Assembly (NCBI GenBank): GCA_035084275.1
Contig: CM068743.1
Coordinates: 117,304,001 to 117,368,000, forward strand
Direction: 5' to 3'
Length of the DNA stretch: 64,000 nucleotides
DNA from: Hydrolagus colliei
Lineage: Eukaryota
In this document: positions 63,653-64,000 of the stretch, piece after piece
Position numbering within the stretch: the stretch's first letter is position 1
Layout of the letters: each line of letters starts with the position of its first letter
The notes under the pieces: generated by a model
What the model saw: only the letters and a program-made list of their open reading frames with translations
What the model was told of the DNA's origin: nothing
Databases searched by the model: none
Translations under genes and position numbers: made by a program

Positions 63653-64000
63653 TGATTTGTTCTGACATCAGCTGTCTGTGCCGTTCATGTATTTGATGGT
63701 GCAATGACATTCATGTAATGGGATTTAGAGGATTTATCAAGAATATATCAACATCTCTGAATTGTATATTCAATGTTTATCATGGGAAGCATCCATAAGA
63801 ACAGTGGGGTGAAATTTGCACCATTTCATAACACGTTTCATGTGATAATTATTAGAAGCAATGTGTCATAAAATGCCACAAATTTCTTACCTTACCTTAA
63901 TTATCACATGACCTGTCGATCATGCAAGCTGCCAGTATGGCAGAACTGAGATGGTCATATCTTCCTGCAGAGCTGTGCTCTAATCTGCTAATATCAAGGC

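Overview
Vertebrate genomic DNA, very probably from a cartilaginous fish and most likely a holocephalan (chimaera/elephant-shark relative). This is inferred from the tRNA-headed Deu-domain SINEs and the L2 and CR1 LINEs; the species cannot be fixed by eye. The first ~10 kb hold the last six coding exons of ITPRID1/CCDC129 on the + strand, with phase-compatible GT-AG junctions and a stop at 10163-10165. About 8 kb downstream, where PPP1R17 (G-substrate) sits in tetrapods, is a recognisable PPP1R17 first coding exon with two in-frame stops. I found no downstream RRKDT-bearing exons, so this looks like an unprocessed pseudogene (gene loss). The rest is intergenic, with many SINE/L2/CR1 copies and two solo LTRs. 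It also holds a Charlie-type MITE, a Tigger-type element nested in an L2, and a CpG-rich 1.3-kb TIR element with an apparent 5-bp TSD that carries an RTE-clade reverse transcriptase fragment. Several fold-back hairpins, divergent CTCF-like motifs and a motif-dense candidate neural enhancer are also visible. No PDE1C coding exon (expected to the right by tetrapod synteny) was recognised. All homology calls are from memory of the families, not from searches; repeat boundaries are approximate unless TIR/TSD coordinates are given.
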